Positions 18,886 through 30,226 of a stretch of DNA of 64,000 nt are shown here, piece by piece (the stretch's first letter is position 1; each line of letters opens with the position of its first letter). The notes under the pieces were generated by a model that searched no databases, was not told the DNA's origin, and worked only from the letters and a program-made list of their open reading frames with translations. The stretch comes from Chloroflexota bacterium. GTDB lineage: Bacteria; Chloroflexota; Dormibacteria; Aeolococcales; Aeolococcaceae. Position numbers and translations under genes: made by a program. The stretch is from assembly GCA_005880985.1 (NCBI GenBank), contig VBIQ01000006.1:5088-69087 (forward strand). Reading direction: 5' to 3'.

Positions 18886-20730
18886 ATGAGGCCGGTCGAG
18901 CGCGTCGACGGATATCTGCCGATCGCCGCCTACGGCGTCATCGGTGACTGCCGTAGCAGCGCCCTGGTCGGGCAGGACGGCAGCATCGACTGGCTCTGTC
19001 TGCCGCGTTTCGACGACCCTTCGATCTTCGCACGGATCCTCGACCCGGAGAGGGGCGGACACTGGCAGCTGTCGCCGCGTGGAGCCTACGAGGTCGTGCA
19101 GCGATACAACGATCGGACCAACGTGCTGCAGACGGTCTTCACCACCGCCACTGGGCGGGTGATCGTGGTCGATTTCATGCCCATCGACGAAGCGGCGATG
19201 GCGCGCCACGCGTCCCCGCACGGCCGTCCGCGGGTGATCCGGGTGGTGGAGTGTCTGGCGGGGTCGATGGTCATGCACCAGCAGCTCGCTCCCCGCCCAA
19301 ACTACGCTCGTCTCGACCGCTCCGGCTTCCGCTGCAGCGGACACCGGTTACATGCTGATGCCGGCCCGATTCACATCTGTGTGCGCGGCACGCGGGCGCT
19401 CACCGGTCCACGTCAGGATCTCTCCCTGCGCCTCGGAGACAGCGTCGCCTTCAGCCTGACCACCAGCGTCGCCGGCCGCTGTCCAGGCGGTGAGTGGTCG
19501 GTGGAGCATGCCCGCCGGGCCCTGGGTGAGACCCGGACCTACTGGCGGGACTGGGTCGACGCGGTCCGGTACCACGGTCCCTTCCAGGAACCGGTGCGGC
19601 GCAGTGCGCTGGTGTTGAAGTTGATGACCTACTCGCCGAGCGGCGCCATCGTCGCCGCCCCGACCACCAGCCTGCCCGAGGCCGTCGGCGGGCAGCGCAA
19701 CTGGGATTACCGCTTCACCTGGCTGCGGGACGCGTCGTTCACGCTGTACGCGTTCTTTCAGCTCGGCCTGGTCGACGAAGCCAACGACTTCTTCGGCTGG
19801 GTGTCGGGGAGCGGCATCGGCACCCGCCGCCACGCGCTCGACAACCTCTACACCCTCGACGGCGGGAGGGTCGGAGAGGAGGTCGTGCTCGACCGGCTCG
19901 AGGGCTACCGGAGGTCGCGGCCGGTGCGGGTGGGCAACGGCGCCGCCCACCAGCTGCAGCTCGACGTCTATGGCGAGGTCCTCGACAGCGCCTACCTCTA
20001 CGCGCGCCATGGCGGTCGCATCAGCCGGCGCCTGTGGTCCGACCTCCACGCCATCGTCGAGCTCGCCATCGATCGCTGGCAGCAACCGGACGCCTCGATC
20101 TGGGAGGTGCGCGGCGGCGACCGCCACTTCACCTACAGCAAGGTGATGTGCTGGGTCGCCATCGATCGCGGCCTGCGGCTCGCCGAACGCTATGGGTTTC
20201 CCCACAACTCTGCTCGCTGGCGATCAGCCCGGCGCGCCGTCCACCGCCGCGTCGTCGTCGAAGGCTTCTCGGCGCGGCTCGGCGCCTTCACCCAGACCCT
20301 GGGCAGCGAGGTGCTCGACGCAGCCGCGCTGCGACTGCCCCAGCTCCGCTTCCTGGCACGCCGGCATGACCGGCTGGCCAGCACCGTCGACGCGGTGGCG
20401 CGCCGGCTCTGCGTGGGCGACCTGGTCCGCCGCTACGACATCGACGAGAGCGACGATGGGATCGGCGGCTCCGAGGGGGCGTTCCTCGCGTGCTCCTTCT
20501 GGCTGGTCGACGCCCACGCTCATCTGGGACGGGTGGAGGACGCGCAGCGGATGTTCGAGCGGCTGCTCCCATTCGCGTCCCCGCTCGGCCTCTTCGCCGA
20601 GGAGGCCGACACGCGCACCGGGGAGCTGCTCGGCAACTTCCCCCAGGCATTCACCCACCTGGCCCTGGTCGGCGCGGCGGTTAACATCGAGCGCGCCCGC
20701 CACCGGGAGCTCGGCGTCCACCGCCTCTAG
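18886..20730 (+). CDS. Glycoside hydrolase family 15 protein (glucoamylase/trehalase-like)
   Basis: About 614 aa with NWDYRFTWLRDASFTLYAF and an (alpha/alpha)6-barrel-type C-terminal region. GGGGGAGG RBS before the ATG. Confidence 0.75.
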   Translation: MRPVERVDGYLPIAAYGVIGDCRSSALVGQDGSIDWLCLPRFDDPSIFARILDPERGGHWQLSPRGAYEVVQRYNDRTNVLQTVFTTATGRVIVVDFMPIDEAAMARHASPHGRPRVIRVVECLAGSMVMHQQLAPRPNYARLDRSGFRCSGHRLHADAGPIHICVRGTRALTGPRQDLSLRLGDSVAFSLTTSVAGRCPGGEWSVEHARRALGETRTYWRDWVDAVRYHGPFQEPVRRSALVLKLMTYSPSGAIVAAPTTSLPEAVGGQRNWDYRFTWLRDASFTLYAFFQLGLVDEANDFFGWVSGSGIGTRRHALDNLYTLDGGRVGEEVVLDRLEGYRRSRPVRVGNGAAHQLQLDVYGEVLDSAYLYARHGGRISRRLWSDLHAIVELAIDRWQQPDASIWEVRGGDRHFTYSKVMCWVAIDRGLRLAERYGFPHNSARWRSARRAVHRRVVVEGFSARLGAFTQTLGSEVLDAAALRLPQLRFLARRHDRLASTVDAVARRLCVGDLVRRYDIDESDDGIGGSEGAFLACSFWLVDAHAHLGRVEDAQRMFERLLPFASPLGLFAEEADTRTGELLGNFPQAFTHLALVGAAVNIERARHRELGVHRL

Positions 20731-20843
20731 CAGCTGCGGGCAGACCCCATGGTTCCCTGGCATCGGCGTGACGACTCGGTCACACGCGTCTGTGAGGCGG
20801 TCCCGGCGGTCCAGCATCGAGGCACCCCAGCCCACCCACACGG

Positions 20844-21350
20844 TTGCGCAGCATGCCGACGTCCCCGCGAATCCTGGTTGTCGACGACGATCCGGTGATC
20901 TGTCTGATGCTCGAGCTCGCCCTCAAGCGCGTCGGATTCGAGGTCGAGCTCGTGCACGACGGCATCGAAGCACTCGACGCTGTGAGCGAGTCGCCACCGG
21001 ACGTGGTGATCGCCGACATCATGATGCCGCGACTCGACGGGATCGCTCTCTGTCGCGAGATCCGGCGCAATCCGGAATGGCGGTCGATCCCGATCGTCCT
21101 CTACAGCGCGGTCGAGCGTCGCGCCAGTGAGCTCGGCGGCGAGGTGCCGGGGGTGGTGACCGTGAGCAAGGCGGAGGGCCTGGGGACACTGCTCGCCACC
21201 GTTCGCGGCCTGATCCCCGCCGGTGACGAGCTGGCGCGGATGCTCCACGAGCAGGCGGCGTCGCCGGGGCTGCCTCACACCGGGCTCCCCGGCCGGGTGG
21301 AGCGGGTGGGCGAGGGCCGGCGGGTGGAGGCGCAGTCCCGCCGCCGGTGA
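20844..21350 (+). CDS. Single-domain response regulator (CheY-like receiver)
   Basis: ILVVDDDPVICLMLELAL...VVIADIMMPRLDG...LYSA. Receiver-domain acidic pocket and conserved Lys region. No output domain. Confidence 0.75.
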   Translation: MRSMPTSPRILVVDDDPVICLMLELALKRVGFEVELVHDGIEALDAVSESPPDVVIADIMMPRLDGIALCREIRRNPEWRSIPIVLYSAVERRASELGGEVPGVVTVSKAEGLGTLLATVRGLIPAGDELARMLHEQAASPGLPHTGLPGRVERVGEGRRVEAQSRRR

Positions 21351-21410
21351 GGCCCGTCGATCCCCGCGGCGGGGTTGCATAAATATGCACTAGTCCCGTA
21401 TAAAGCGCGG

Positions 21411-22436
21411 ATGGCCGCCCCGCCCCGGCTCCGCGCCGCCGTCGCCGGCGCCACCGGCTATATCGGCATCCAGTGTGTCGAGATGCTGGCCCGGCATCCC
21501 CACGTCGAGCTGGTGCGCCTGCTGGCGCGCACCCACGCGGGAAGGCGGTTCTCGGAGGTCGTCCCCGGCAGCCGCGTCGACCTGCAACTCGATCCCGGCC
21601 TCGACGTCGACGGAGTCGATCTGGTTCTCGCCGCGCTTCCCCACACGGTCGCCGCCAGCCATGCTCGGGGCTGGATGGCGTCAGGGGCGGTGGTGGTCGA
21701 CATGAGTGCCGACTTCCGGCTCCGCGACGCCCGGACGTGGTCGCAGTGGTACCGTCTCGACCACCCCGATCCCGAGCTGTGCGCCAGCGCGGTGTACGCC
21801 CTGCCCGAGCTTCCCGGCAGCAGCCTGACGGACGCGAGCCTGCTGGCCATCCCCGGCTGCTATCCGACCGCCGCCCTGCTGGCCTGCGTCCCGGCGCTGT
21901 CCGCCGGCCTGGTCGAGCCCGACCTGGTGGTCGATGCCAAGAGCGGGGTGAGTGGCTCCGGCCGTTCGCCGACCATGGGGGTGCACTTCGCCGAGGTCAA
22001 CGAGTCCGTGCACGCCTACGGAGTCGACGGCCACCGCCACAAGGCGGAGATGCTCCAGGAACTGCGCCTGGTCGCCGGTGGGGAGGTTCAGCTCACCTTC
22101 GTGCCCCACCTGGTGCCGATGACCCGCGGCATCCTGGCGACCGCCTACCTGCGCCCCCGCCCCGGGGTGACGGCATCCGACATCGAGGCGGCGTATGCGG
22201 AGTTCTGCGACGGCCATCCCTGCCTGCGCCTCGACCCGCAGCCGCCGGCCACCAAGAGCGTGACCGCCACCAACGTCGCCGCCCTCCACGCCGGCTGGCA
22301 GGACGGCAGGGCGGTGATCACCTGTGCCATCGACAACCTGGTGAAGGGCGCCGGTGGCCAGGGGCTGCAGGCGCTCAACCTCCGCTTTGGATATCCCGAG
22401 ACCGCGGGGCTGCAGCTGGAGGCGTCGTGGCCGTGA
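21411..22436 (+). CDS. argC: N-acetyl-gamma-glutamyl-phosphate reductase
   Basis: AVAGATGYIG Rossmann N-terminus and catalytic AIPGCYPTA. The ATG lies 5 nt after a TATAAA -10 element. Confidence 0.9.
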   Translation: MAAPPRLRAAVAGATGYIGIQCVEMLARHPHVELVRLLARTHAGRRFSEVVPGSRVDLQLDPGLDVDGVDLVLAALPHTVAASHARGWMASGAVVVDMSADFRLRDARTWSQWYRLDHPDPELCASAVYALPELPGSSLTDASLLAIPGCYPTAALLACVPALSAGLVEPDLVVDAKSGVSGSGRSPTMGVHFAEVNESVHAYGVDGHRHKAEMLQELRLVAGGEVQLTFVPHLVPMTRGILATAYLRPRPGVTASDIEAAYAEFCDGHPCLRLDPQPPATKSVTATNVAALHAGWQDGRAVITCAIDNLVKGAGGQGLQALNLRFGYPETAGLQLEASWP

Positions 22437-23656
22437 ACGCCTCGGTGGTGGAGGCCATCCCGGCGGGGGTCTGCGTCCCCCGCGGCTTCGTCGCCGGAGT
22501 GGCCGCGGCGCACATCCGTGACGACGGCGATGAGCGGCGCCTCGACGTCGCGGTGCTGCGCAGCGAGCGGCCCTGCGAGGTGGCCGGGGTCTTCACCCGC
22601 AACCTGGTCAAGGCGGCACCGGTGGTGATCTCCCAGCTCACCCTGCGACAGGGACGGGTGCAGGCGGTGGTGATCAACTCCGGCAACGCCAATGCCTGCA
22701 CCGGAGCCCAGGGCTTCCGCGACGCGCTGCAGATGTGCAAGGCGGCGGCCGACGGCTGCGACCTCGACCCCGGACAGGTCCTGGTCTGCAGCACCGGGGT
22801 CATCGGCCGCCCGCTGCCGGTGGACCGGGTGGTGCGCGGCATCCGCGACGCCTGCGCCGCCCTGTCTCCCGCCGCCGGTGAGCCGGCGGCACGAGCGATG
22901 ATGACCACCGACACCGTCATCAAGATCGCCAACACCACGTTCGAGGCATCGGGGCGGCGGTACGCCGTCGGCGGCATGGCCAAGGGGGCGGGGATGATCC
23001 ATCCCGACATGGCCACCCTGCTGGCGCTGGTGACCACCGATGCCCCGGTGGCTCGAGATGTCCTGCAACCGGTGCTCGCGCGCGTCGCCGACCAGACCCT
23101 CAACTGCGTGACCGTTGACGGCGACACCTCGACCAATGACACCCTGCTGCTCCTCGCCAACGGTGTGGCGGAGGGTGAGCCCTTCACCGAGGGATCGGCA
23201 GAGCTTGCCGCGCTGGAGCGGGCGGTGTTCGAGGTCTGCGACTCGCTGGCCGAGCAGGTGGTCGCCGACGCCGAGGGCGCGACCAAGCATTTCCGGGTCT
23301 GGGTGCGCGGCGGCGCCGACCTGGCCCAGGCCCGCGCCGCCGCGCGCACCGTCGCCGCCAGCCCGCTGGTGAAGACCGCCATCCACGGCGCCGATCCCAA
23401 CTGGGGGCGCGTCGTCGCGGCGCTGGGGCGGAGCGGCGCTCAGTTCTCGCTCGATCGCTGCCGGGTCGAGGTCGGCGCCATCACCGTCTTCGACGGGGCT
23501 CCTCGCGCGGTCGATCCCGACGCGGTACGTGCCGCGTTCAGCTCGGCCCGCATCGAGATCGACTGCGACCTCGGCGCCGGCGAGCACGAGGCGCACGCGT
23601 GGGGCTGCGACCTGTCTGCCGAGTACGTCCATATCAACGCCGACTACACGACATGA
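22427..23656 (+). CDS. argJ: Bifunctional glutamate N-acetyltransferase / amino-acid acetyltransferase
   Basis: Autoproteolytic ATLLAL-type site (HPDMATLLALVTTDA). GTG start overlaps the argC 3' end. Confidence 0.9.
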   Translation: MAVNASVVEAIPAGVCVPRGFVAGVAAAHIRDDGDERRLDVAVLRSERPCEVAGVFTRNLVKAAPVVISQLTLRQGRVQAVVINSGNANACTGAQGFRDALQMCKAAADGCDLDPGQVLVCSTGVIGRPLPVDRVVRGIRDACAALSPAAGEPAARAMMTTDTVIKIANTTFEASGRRYAVGGMAKGAGMIHPDMATLLALVTTDAPVARDVLQPVLARVADQTLNCVTVDGDTSTNDTLLLLANGVAEGEPFTEGSAELAALERAVFEVCDSLAEQVVADAEGATKHFRVWVRGGADLAQARAAARTVAASPLVKTAIHGADPNWGRVVAALGRSGAQFSLDRCRVEVGAITVFDGAPRAVDPDAVRAAFSSARIEIDCDLGAGEHEAHAWGCDLSAEYVHINADYTT

Positions 23657-23681
23657 TCCTCAGAGAAGCGGCGACTTCCCC

Positions 23682-24572
23682 ATGAGCAGCTTCACCATCG
23701 AGGAGCGCATCCGCCGTGCCGAGGTGCTGGTGGAGGCGCTTCCCTACATCCGGCGCTTCGCCGGGCACACTGTGGTCATCAAGCTCGGCGGGGCGGCGAT
23801 CGAGGGCGGCGACCCCGAGCCGGTGCTCCAGGACGTCGTCCTGTTGCGCTTCGTCGGCATGCGCCCGGTGCTGGTGCATGGAGGCGGTCCGGCGATCTCC
23901 GCCTGGCAGCGCCGCATGGGACTGGAGACGCGCTTCGTCAACGGGTTGCGGGTCACCGATGCGCAGACCATGGAGCTGGCCAAGATGGTGCTCACTGGCA
24001 AGGTGGGCCCCGAGCTGGTCGCCGCCATTCATCATCTGGGCGGCAACGCCATCGGGCTGTCCGGGGAGGACGGACCGACCCTGCTGGTGCAGCCGCGCGA
24101 ACCCGAGGGCGGCGAGGACCTGGGATTTGTCGGCGACATCGTCCAGGTCAATCCCGAGCCCATCGAAGCCATTCTCGACCAGGGCCGGATCCCGGTGATG
24201 GCCTCGATCGGACTCGGCTACGACGGTCAGGCGTACAACGTCAACGCCGACTCCGTCGCCGCCGAGCTGGCGGTGGCGCTGCGTGCCAGCAAGCTGATGC
24301 TGCTCACCGATGTCGAGGGGGTGCGCGACACGGACGGCAGCCTGATCAGCGAGCTCGACGCGGTGCGGGCTCGCCGTCTGATCGCCGCCGGCACCATCGG
24401 TGGCGGCATGATCCCCAAGGTGATGGCGGCGCTCCGCGCCCTCGATGGCGTCGGCGCGGTCCACATCGTCGATGGCCGGGTGCCGCACTCGCTGCTGCTC
24501 GAGCTGCTCACCGAGTCCGGGGTCGGGACGATGATCCGGGTCGAACCCGACGACGGGCCGGAGGCGGCATGA
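23682..24572 (+). CDS. argB: Acetylglutamate kinase
   Basis: Motifs VIKLGGAAI, LVHGGGP and a YNVNADSVAAELA-type segment. Confidence 0.9.
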   Translation: MSSFTIEERIRRAEVLVEALPYIRRFAGHTVVIKLGGAAIEGGDPEPVLQDVVLLRFVGMRPVLVHGGGPAISAWQRRMGLETRFVNGLRVTDAQTMELAKMVLTGKVGPELVAAIHHLGGNAIGLSGEDGPTLLVQPREPEGGEDLGFVGDIVQVNPEPIEAILDQGRIPVMASIGLGYDGQAYNVNADSVAAELAVALRASKLMLLTDVEGVRDTDGSLISELDAVRARRLIAAGTIGGGMIPKVMAALRALDGVGAVHIVDGRVPHSLLLELLTESGVGTMIRVEPDDGPEAA

Positions 24573-25786
24573 GCGCCGAGACCGCGCTCGCCTCGCTGCA
24601 GGAGCGTGCCGCGCGGGTGTTGATGAACACCTACCGCCGGCTCCCGGTCACCTTCGTGCGGGGGCAGGGGTGCTGGCTCGTCGACGACGGGGGTCGCCAG
24701 TATCTCGACCTGGTGGGCGGCATCGCCGTCAACGTGCTCGGGCACTCCGCTCCGGCGGTGCGGGCCGCGCTCGAGCAGCAGTCGGCGCAGCTGGTGCACG
24801 TCAGCAACCTTTACTACTCGGAGCCGCAGGTCGAGCTCGCCGAGCGGCTGGTGCGCTCCGCCTTTCCGGCGCGCGTCTTCTTCTGCAACAGCGGTGCCGA
24901 GGCCAACGAGGCGGCCATCAAGATCGCTCGCAAGTGGGGTCAGCGCCATCGCGGCGGTGCCTATCGCATCGTCTGCGCCGTCGGCGCCTTCCACGGTCGT
25001 ACCCTGGCCACCCTCGCGGCGACCGGCCGTTACCTCGACACCTTCGCCCCGGCGGTCGACGGCTTCGCCCACGTGCCCTTCGACGATGCCGACGCGGTGG
25101 CCGCCGCGATCGACGACTCGGTGGTCGCGGTGATGCTGGAGCCGGCGCTCGGAGAGGGGGGCATCGTCCCCATGGGCGACGACACCCTGCGCCGCATCCG
25201 CGCCCTCTGCGACCAGCGCGACGTGCTCCTCGTCCTCGACGAGGTGCAGAGCGGGATGGGGCGCACCGGCCGCTGGTGGGCGCATCAGCACGCCGGCGTC
25301 ACCCCCGACGTGATGACCGTCGCCAAGGGGCTCGGCGGGGGCATCCCCATCGGCGCGGCGCTGGCCGCTCCCCGCGCCGACGTGCTCGAGCCGGGCGATC
25401 ACGGATCGACCTTCGGGGGCACGCCGCTGGCGGCGACGGTCGCGGTGGCCGTCCTCCGCACCATCGAGGAGCGCGGTCTGCTGGACAACGCCGAGCGCGT
25501 CGGTGCCCGGCTGCGTGACGGGCTTCTCGGTCTGCGCGAGTGCGGGTTGCCGGTCGAGACGGTGCGCGGTCGCGGTCTGATGCTGGCGGCGGTGCTCGGC
25601 GACGACATCGCACCCGTGGTGGTCGACGCCGGGCTGGAGCAGGGCGTGGTGCTCAACGCCACCGGTCCGCGGGTGATCCGCCTGGTGCCGCCGCTCACCC
25701 TCAGCGCCGACGAGGCCGACGAGGGGGTGCGCCGCCTCGCCACGGCGATGGAGCTCGCGCTGCAGCGCCGAGGCGATGCGGCATGA
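24569..25786 (+). CDS. argD: Acetylornithine aminotransferase
   Basis: Class III PLP aminotransferase with CNSGAEANEAAIKIAR, DEVQSGMGRTG and lysine site TVAKGLGGG. Confidence 0.9.
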   Translation: MSAETALASLQERAARVLMNTYRRLPVTFVRGQGCWLVDDGGRQYLDLVGGIAVNVLGHSAPAVRAALEQQSAQLVHVSNLYYSEPQVELAERLVRSAFPARVFFCNSGAEANEAAIKIARKWGQRHRGGAYRIVCAVGAFHGRTLATLAATGRYLDTFAPAVDGFAHVPFDDADAVAAAIDDSVVAVMLEPALGEGGIVPMGDDTLRRIRALCDQRDVLLVLDEVQSGMGRTGRWWAHQHAGVTPDVMTVAKGLGGGIPIGAALAAPRADVLEPGDHGSTFGGTPLAATVAVAVLRTIEERGLLDNAERVGARLRDGLLGLRECGLPVETVRGRGLMLAAVLGDDIAPVVVDAGLEQGVVLNATGPRVIRLVPPLTLSADEADEGVRRLATAMELALQRRGDAA

Positions 25787-26282
25787 CCGCGGCCACCACC
25801 GCGCCCGCCGCGCCGCGACCGGTCTCCAAGGCGGAGCGGCAGCGGGCCATCCTCGACCTGGTGAGGATGCGCCCCATCCGCACCCAGGAGGAGCTCGTCG
25901 ACGCGCTCCACGGCCTGCGCCTCGACGTGACCCAGGCGACCGTCAGCCGCGACGTCCGCGAGCTGGGCCTGGTGCGCATCCCCGACGGCGACGGACTCCG
26001 GTATGTCGGTGCCGTGGCCGACGCCGATCCTGGTGGCACGGCGGCGCGGCTGCGCAGCGCGCTGCGTGATCACGTCCGCGGCATCGAGTTCGTCGACAAC
26101 CTCGGCGTGGTGCGGACGCGGCCGAGCACCGCGCCGCTGGTCGCCGCCGCCGTTGACGCCGCCCGCTTCGACGAGGTGGCCGGCACCGTGGCCGGCGACG
26201 ACACGGTGCTGGTGGTGGTGCGCGGCCGGGTGGCGGCGCGCCGCCTGCAGGCTCGCCTGGAGGCTCTGGCCGGAGGGCGTGG

Positions 26283-26286
<4 letters not shown>
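25783..26286 (+). CDS. argR: Arginine repressor
   Basis: N-terminal wHTH (RQRAILDLVRMRPIRTQEELVDALHGLRLDVTQATVSRDVRELGL) and a C-terminal oligomerisation/Arg-binding domain (DDTVLVV). ATGA overlap with argD. Confidence 0.9.
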
Positions 26287-27540
<1,254 letters not shown>

Positions 27541-27548
<8 letters not shown>

Positions 27549-29016
27549 CGACGCCCGAGTGCGTCGGGGCGGCAAGGTCTGGGGGGCGCGGCTGGGCGGC
27601 CGGACCAGCCGCCGGGTCGAGGAGTACACCAGCAGCGTCGCCGTCGATCGCCGCCTCTTCGCCGAAGACATCCAGGGTTCACTGGCCCACGTCCGCATGC
27701 TTCGCGCCGTCGGTCTTCTCACCGCCGCCGAGGCCAGCAGGCTCGAGCGCGGGCTGGGCTCCGTGCAGACCGAGCTCGAGCGCGACACCTTTGTCTTCCA
27801 GCCCGCCGACGAGGACATCCACACCGCGGTGGAGCGGCGGCTGGGTGAGATCGCGGGCGACGTCGCCGGCAAGCTGCAGACCGCCCGCAGCCGCAACGAC
27901 CAGGTGGCCACCGATCTGCGGCTCTACGGCAGGCGCGTCTGCGGCGAGCTGATGCTGGCGGCGGCGGGGCTGCAGGAGGCGCTGCTCGATCGCGCCCGCG
28001 AGCATCGCACCACCGTGTTGCCCGGGTACACCCACATGCAGCGGGCCCAGGTGGTGTCACTGGCCCACCACCTGCTCGCCTACGTGGAGATGCTGCAGCG
28101 CGACGTCGAACGGCTCGAGAACGCGCAGCGGCGCTCTGACGTCCTCCCGCTGGGAAGCGGCGCCCTGGCGGCGACGACCCTCCCCATCGACCGCGACGTG
28201 ACTGCGGCTGAGCTCGGCTTCTCCAGCCTCACCGCCAACAGCCTCGACGCCGTCTCCGACCGCGACTTCGCGGTGGAGATCGTGTTTGCCTGCGCCCTGC
28301 TGATGGTCCACCTCTCTCGCCTTGGCGAGGAGCTGGTGTTGTGGACCTCGAGCGAGTTCGGCTTCGCCGAGCTGCCCGACGCCTACGCGACCGGCTCGAG
28401 CCTGATGCCGCAGAAGAAGAACCCCGACGTGCTGGAGCTGGCGCGGGGGAGGAGCGGCCGGACGGTGGGCGCGCTGGTGTCACTGCTGACGATGCTCAAG
28501 GGGCAGCCGCTCGCCTACAACCGTGACCTGCAGGAGGACAAGCAGCCGCTCTTCGACGCCGTCGACATCGCCGCGTCGTCGCTGGCCATGCTCACCGAGG
28601 TGGTGCGGGTGCTGCGCTTCGACACCACCGCGATGCGGCGCGCCGCCGGCGACCCCGGCCTGCTGGCCACCGACGTGGCCGAGTGGCTGGTCGGTCAGGG
28701 TGTCCCCTTCCGTGAGGCGCACGGCCTGGTGGCTCGCGCCGCCCGCCGGGCGGCGGACGGCCGCCGCTCGCTGGACCGGTTGTCGCCCGCCGACTGGAGT
28801 GCGATCGACCCGCGGGTGGGGCCGGAGGTGACCAAGCTCTTCGATCCACAGCGCGGCCTGCGCCGCCGCGAGGTCCCCGGCGGACCGGGACCGCGGGCGG
28901 TGTCGCGCCAGCTCGCCCGCGGCGCGGCGATGGTGACGGCCACCCGACGACGGGTCGCGCTTCTGGCTGAACCTGCCGATCGCGGTGGCGCCGTCCGCGC
29001 CCGACGCCGGCGGTGA
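27541..29016 (+). CDS. argH: Argininosuccinate lyase
   Basis: Fumarate-lyase signature GSSLMPQKKNPD. GTG start overlaps the argG stop. About 30-aa Arg-rich C-terminal extension. Confidence 0.9.
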
Positions 29017-29041
29017 GCAGGGGCTCGGCTATCCTGCGGAG

Positions 29042-29806
29042 GTGAAGCTGCCTCTGCTCATCGTCGGTGACGTCCAGGGCGACGACGAACGGTTGCGCGA
29101 GGCGCTGGCGCGCTATCCCGACGATGCCGTCGACACCATCTTCCTCGGTGACTTCTTCCAGGGTGGTCCGCCGGGTCTCGCCGGAGGCGCCGCGTGCGCT
29201 CGCATCGCCCGGGAACGCGGCAACTCGCGGAGCATCCTCGGCAACCACGACCTGATGCTGCTCTGCGTGCTCGAGGAGGTGCGCACCGGCCACACCCCCG
29301 ACGAGGTGCGCGAGCGGCTGCGGGGAACCCTGGCGATGGTTTGGCTGTGGCGGCGTGGCGACTGGGCGGACCTGCGCGAGGTCGCCGACGACCCCGAGCT
29401 CGAGGCCTGGCTGCGCGGGCTGCCGGTGATGATCCGTCTCGACGACGGCACTCTCATCCAGCACTGTGACGACGATGCCTACGCCCGTCTCGGAGACGAT
29501 GTCGAGAGCGTCAACGCCAGCGCGCATGGGTTGCTGGACCAACCCGGCGGCGCCTGGCGCCTCTTCTGGCACACGGTAGGCCGGCGTGCCTTCGACGACG
29601 GCGCGCGGCTCGAGCAGCACCTGCGTCGTTTCGGTGCTCGGCGGGTCGTTCACGGCCACACTCCGCACCACGGTCCCCGGCCGCAGGTCACCCACGACGG
29701 ACGCCTGTGGTGCTTCGACGGCTGCTTCTCGCGCTACTGGACCGAGGGCGGGGAGGGGACCGGTCCCATCGAGGCGACCGTCGCCCTTCTCCCCACTCTG
29801 GAGTGA
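29042..29806 (+). CDS. Metallophosphoesterase (calcineurin-like)
   Basis: GDVQGD, GDFFQGG, GNHD and HGHTP phosphoesterase motifs. Confidence 0.7.
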   Translation: MKLPLLIVGDVQGDDERLREALARYPDDAVDTIFLGDFFQGGPPGLAGGAACARIARERGNSRSILGNHDLMLLCVLEEVRTGHTPDEVRERLRGTLAMVWLWRRGDWADLREVADDPELEAWLRGLPVMIRLDDGTLIQHCDDDAYARLGDDVESVNASAHGLLDQPGGAWRLFWHTVGRRAFDDGARLEQHLRRFGARRVVHGHTPHHGPRPQVTHDGRLWCFDGCFSRYWTEGGEGTGPIEATVALLPTLE

Positions 29807-29822
29807 GCTGAGCCGATCGAGC

Positions 29823-30188
29823 TCATTCGACCTCCGTCTCCGGGCCGCCGCCGTGCAGAAAGCGCATGCCCTCCTCGACGGCGAAGCGCTCGCCACAGGT
29901 GGGACATTCCACCTGTGGCGCCTGGGGATCGTCCTCCGGGAGCAGCAGCCGGGCTCCACAGCCCGGACACTCCAGCACCGACGACGCGGAGCGGTTGTCC
30001 ATCAGCATCTCCCGGGCGGCGGCGGCCACATCGATGACCACGCTGCGGCAGCGGACGCAGACGTAGGTGGCCGCGCTGCCGTCGTGCTCCAGGTACCGCC
30101 CGGAGCCATCGACGATCAGCGGCGCGTTGAGGGCTTCGAAGTGCCCCTCGGGGCAGCCGTTGGGACAGCGCAGATCGCGGCGGGTCAC
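29823..30188 (-). CDS. Small zinc-ribbon protein (two CxxC pairs twice)
   Basis: About 121 aa. GTG start downstream of the ptrB stop. CPNGC...CVRC and CPGC...CPTC motifs. Confidence 0.4.
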   Translation of the reverse strand: MTRRDLRCPNGCPEGHFEALNAPLIVDGSGRYLEHDGSAATYVCVRCRSVVIDVAAAAREMLMDNRSASSVLECPGCGARLLLPEDDPQAPQVECPTCGERFAVEEGMRFLHGGGPETEVE

Positions 30189-30226
30189 CGGCCCATGGTG
30201 CCAGGCCGGACCGCCCCGCCCGGCCG

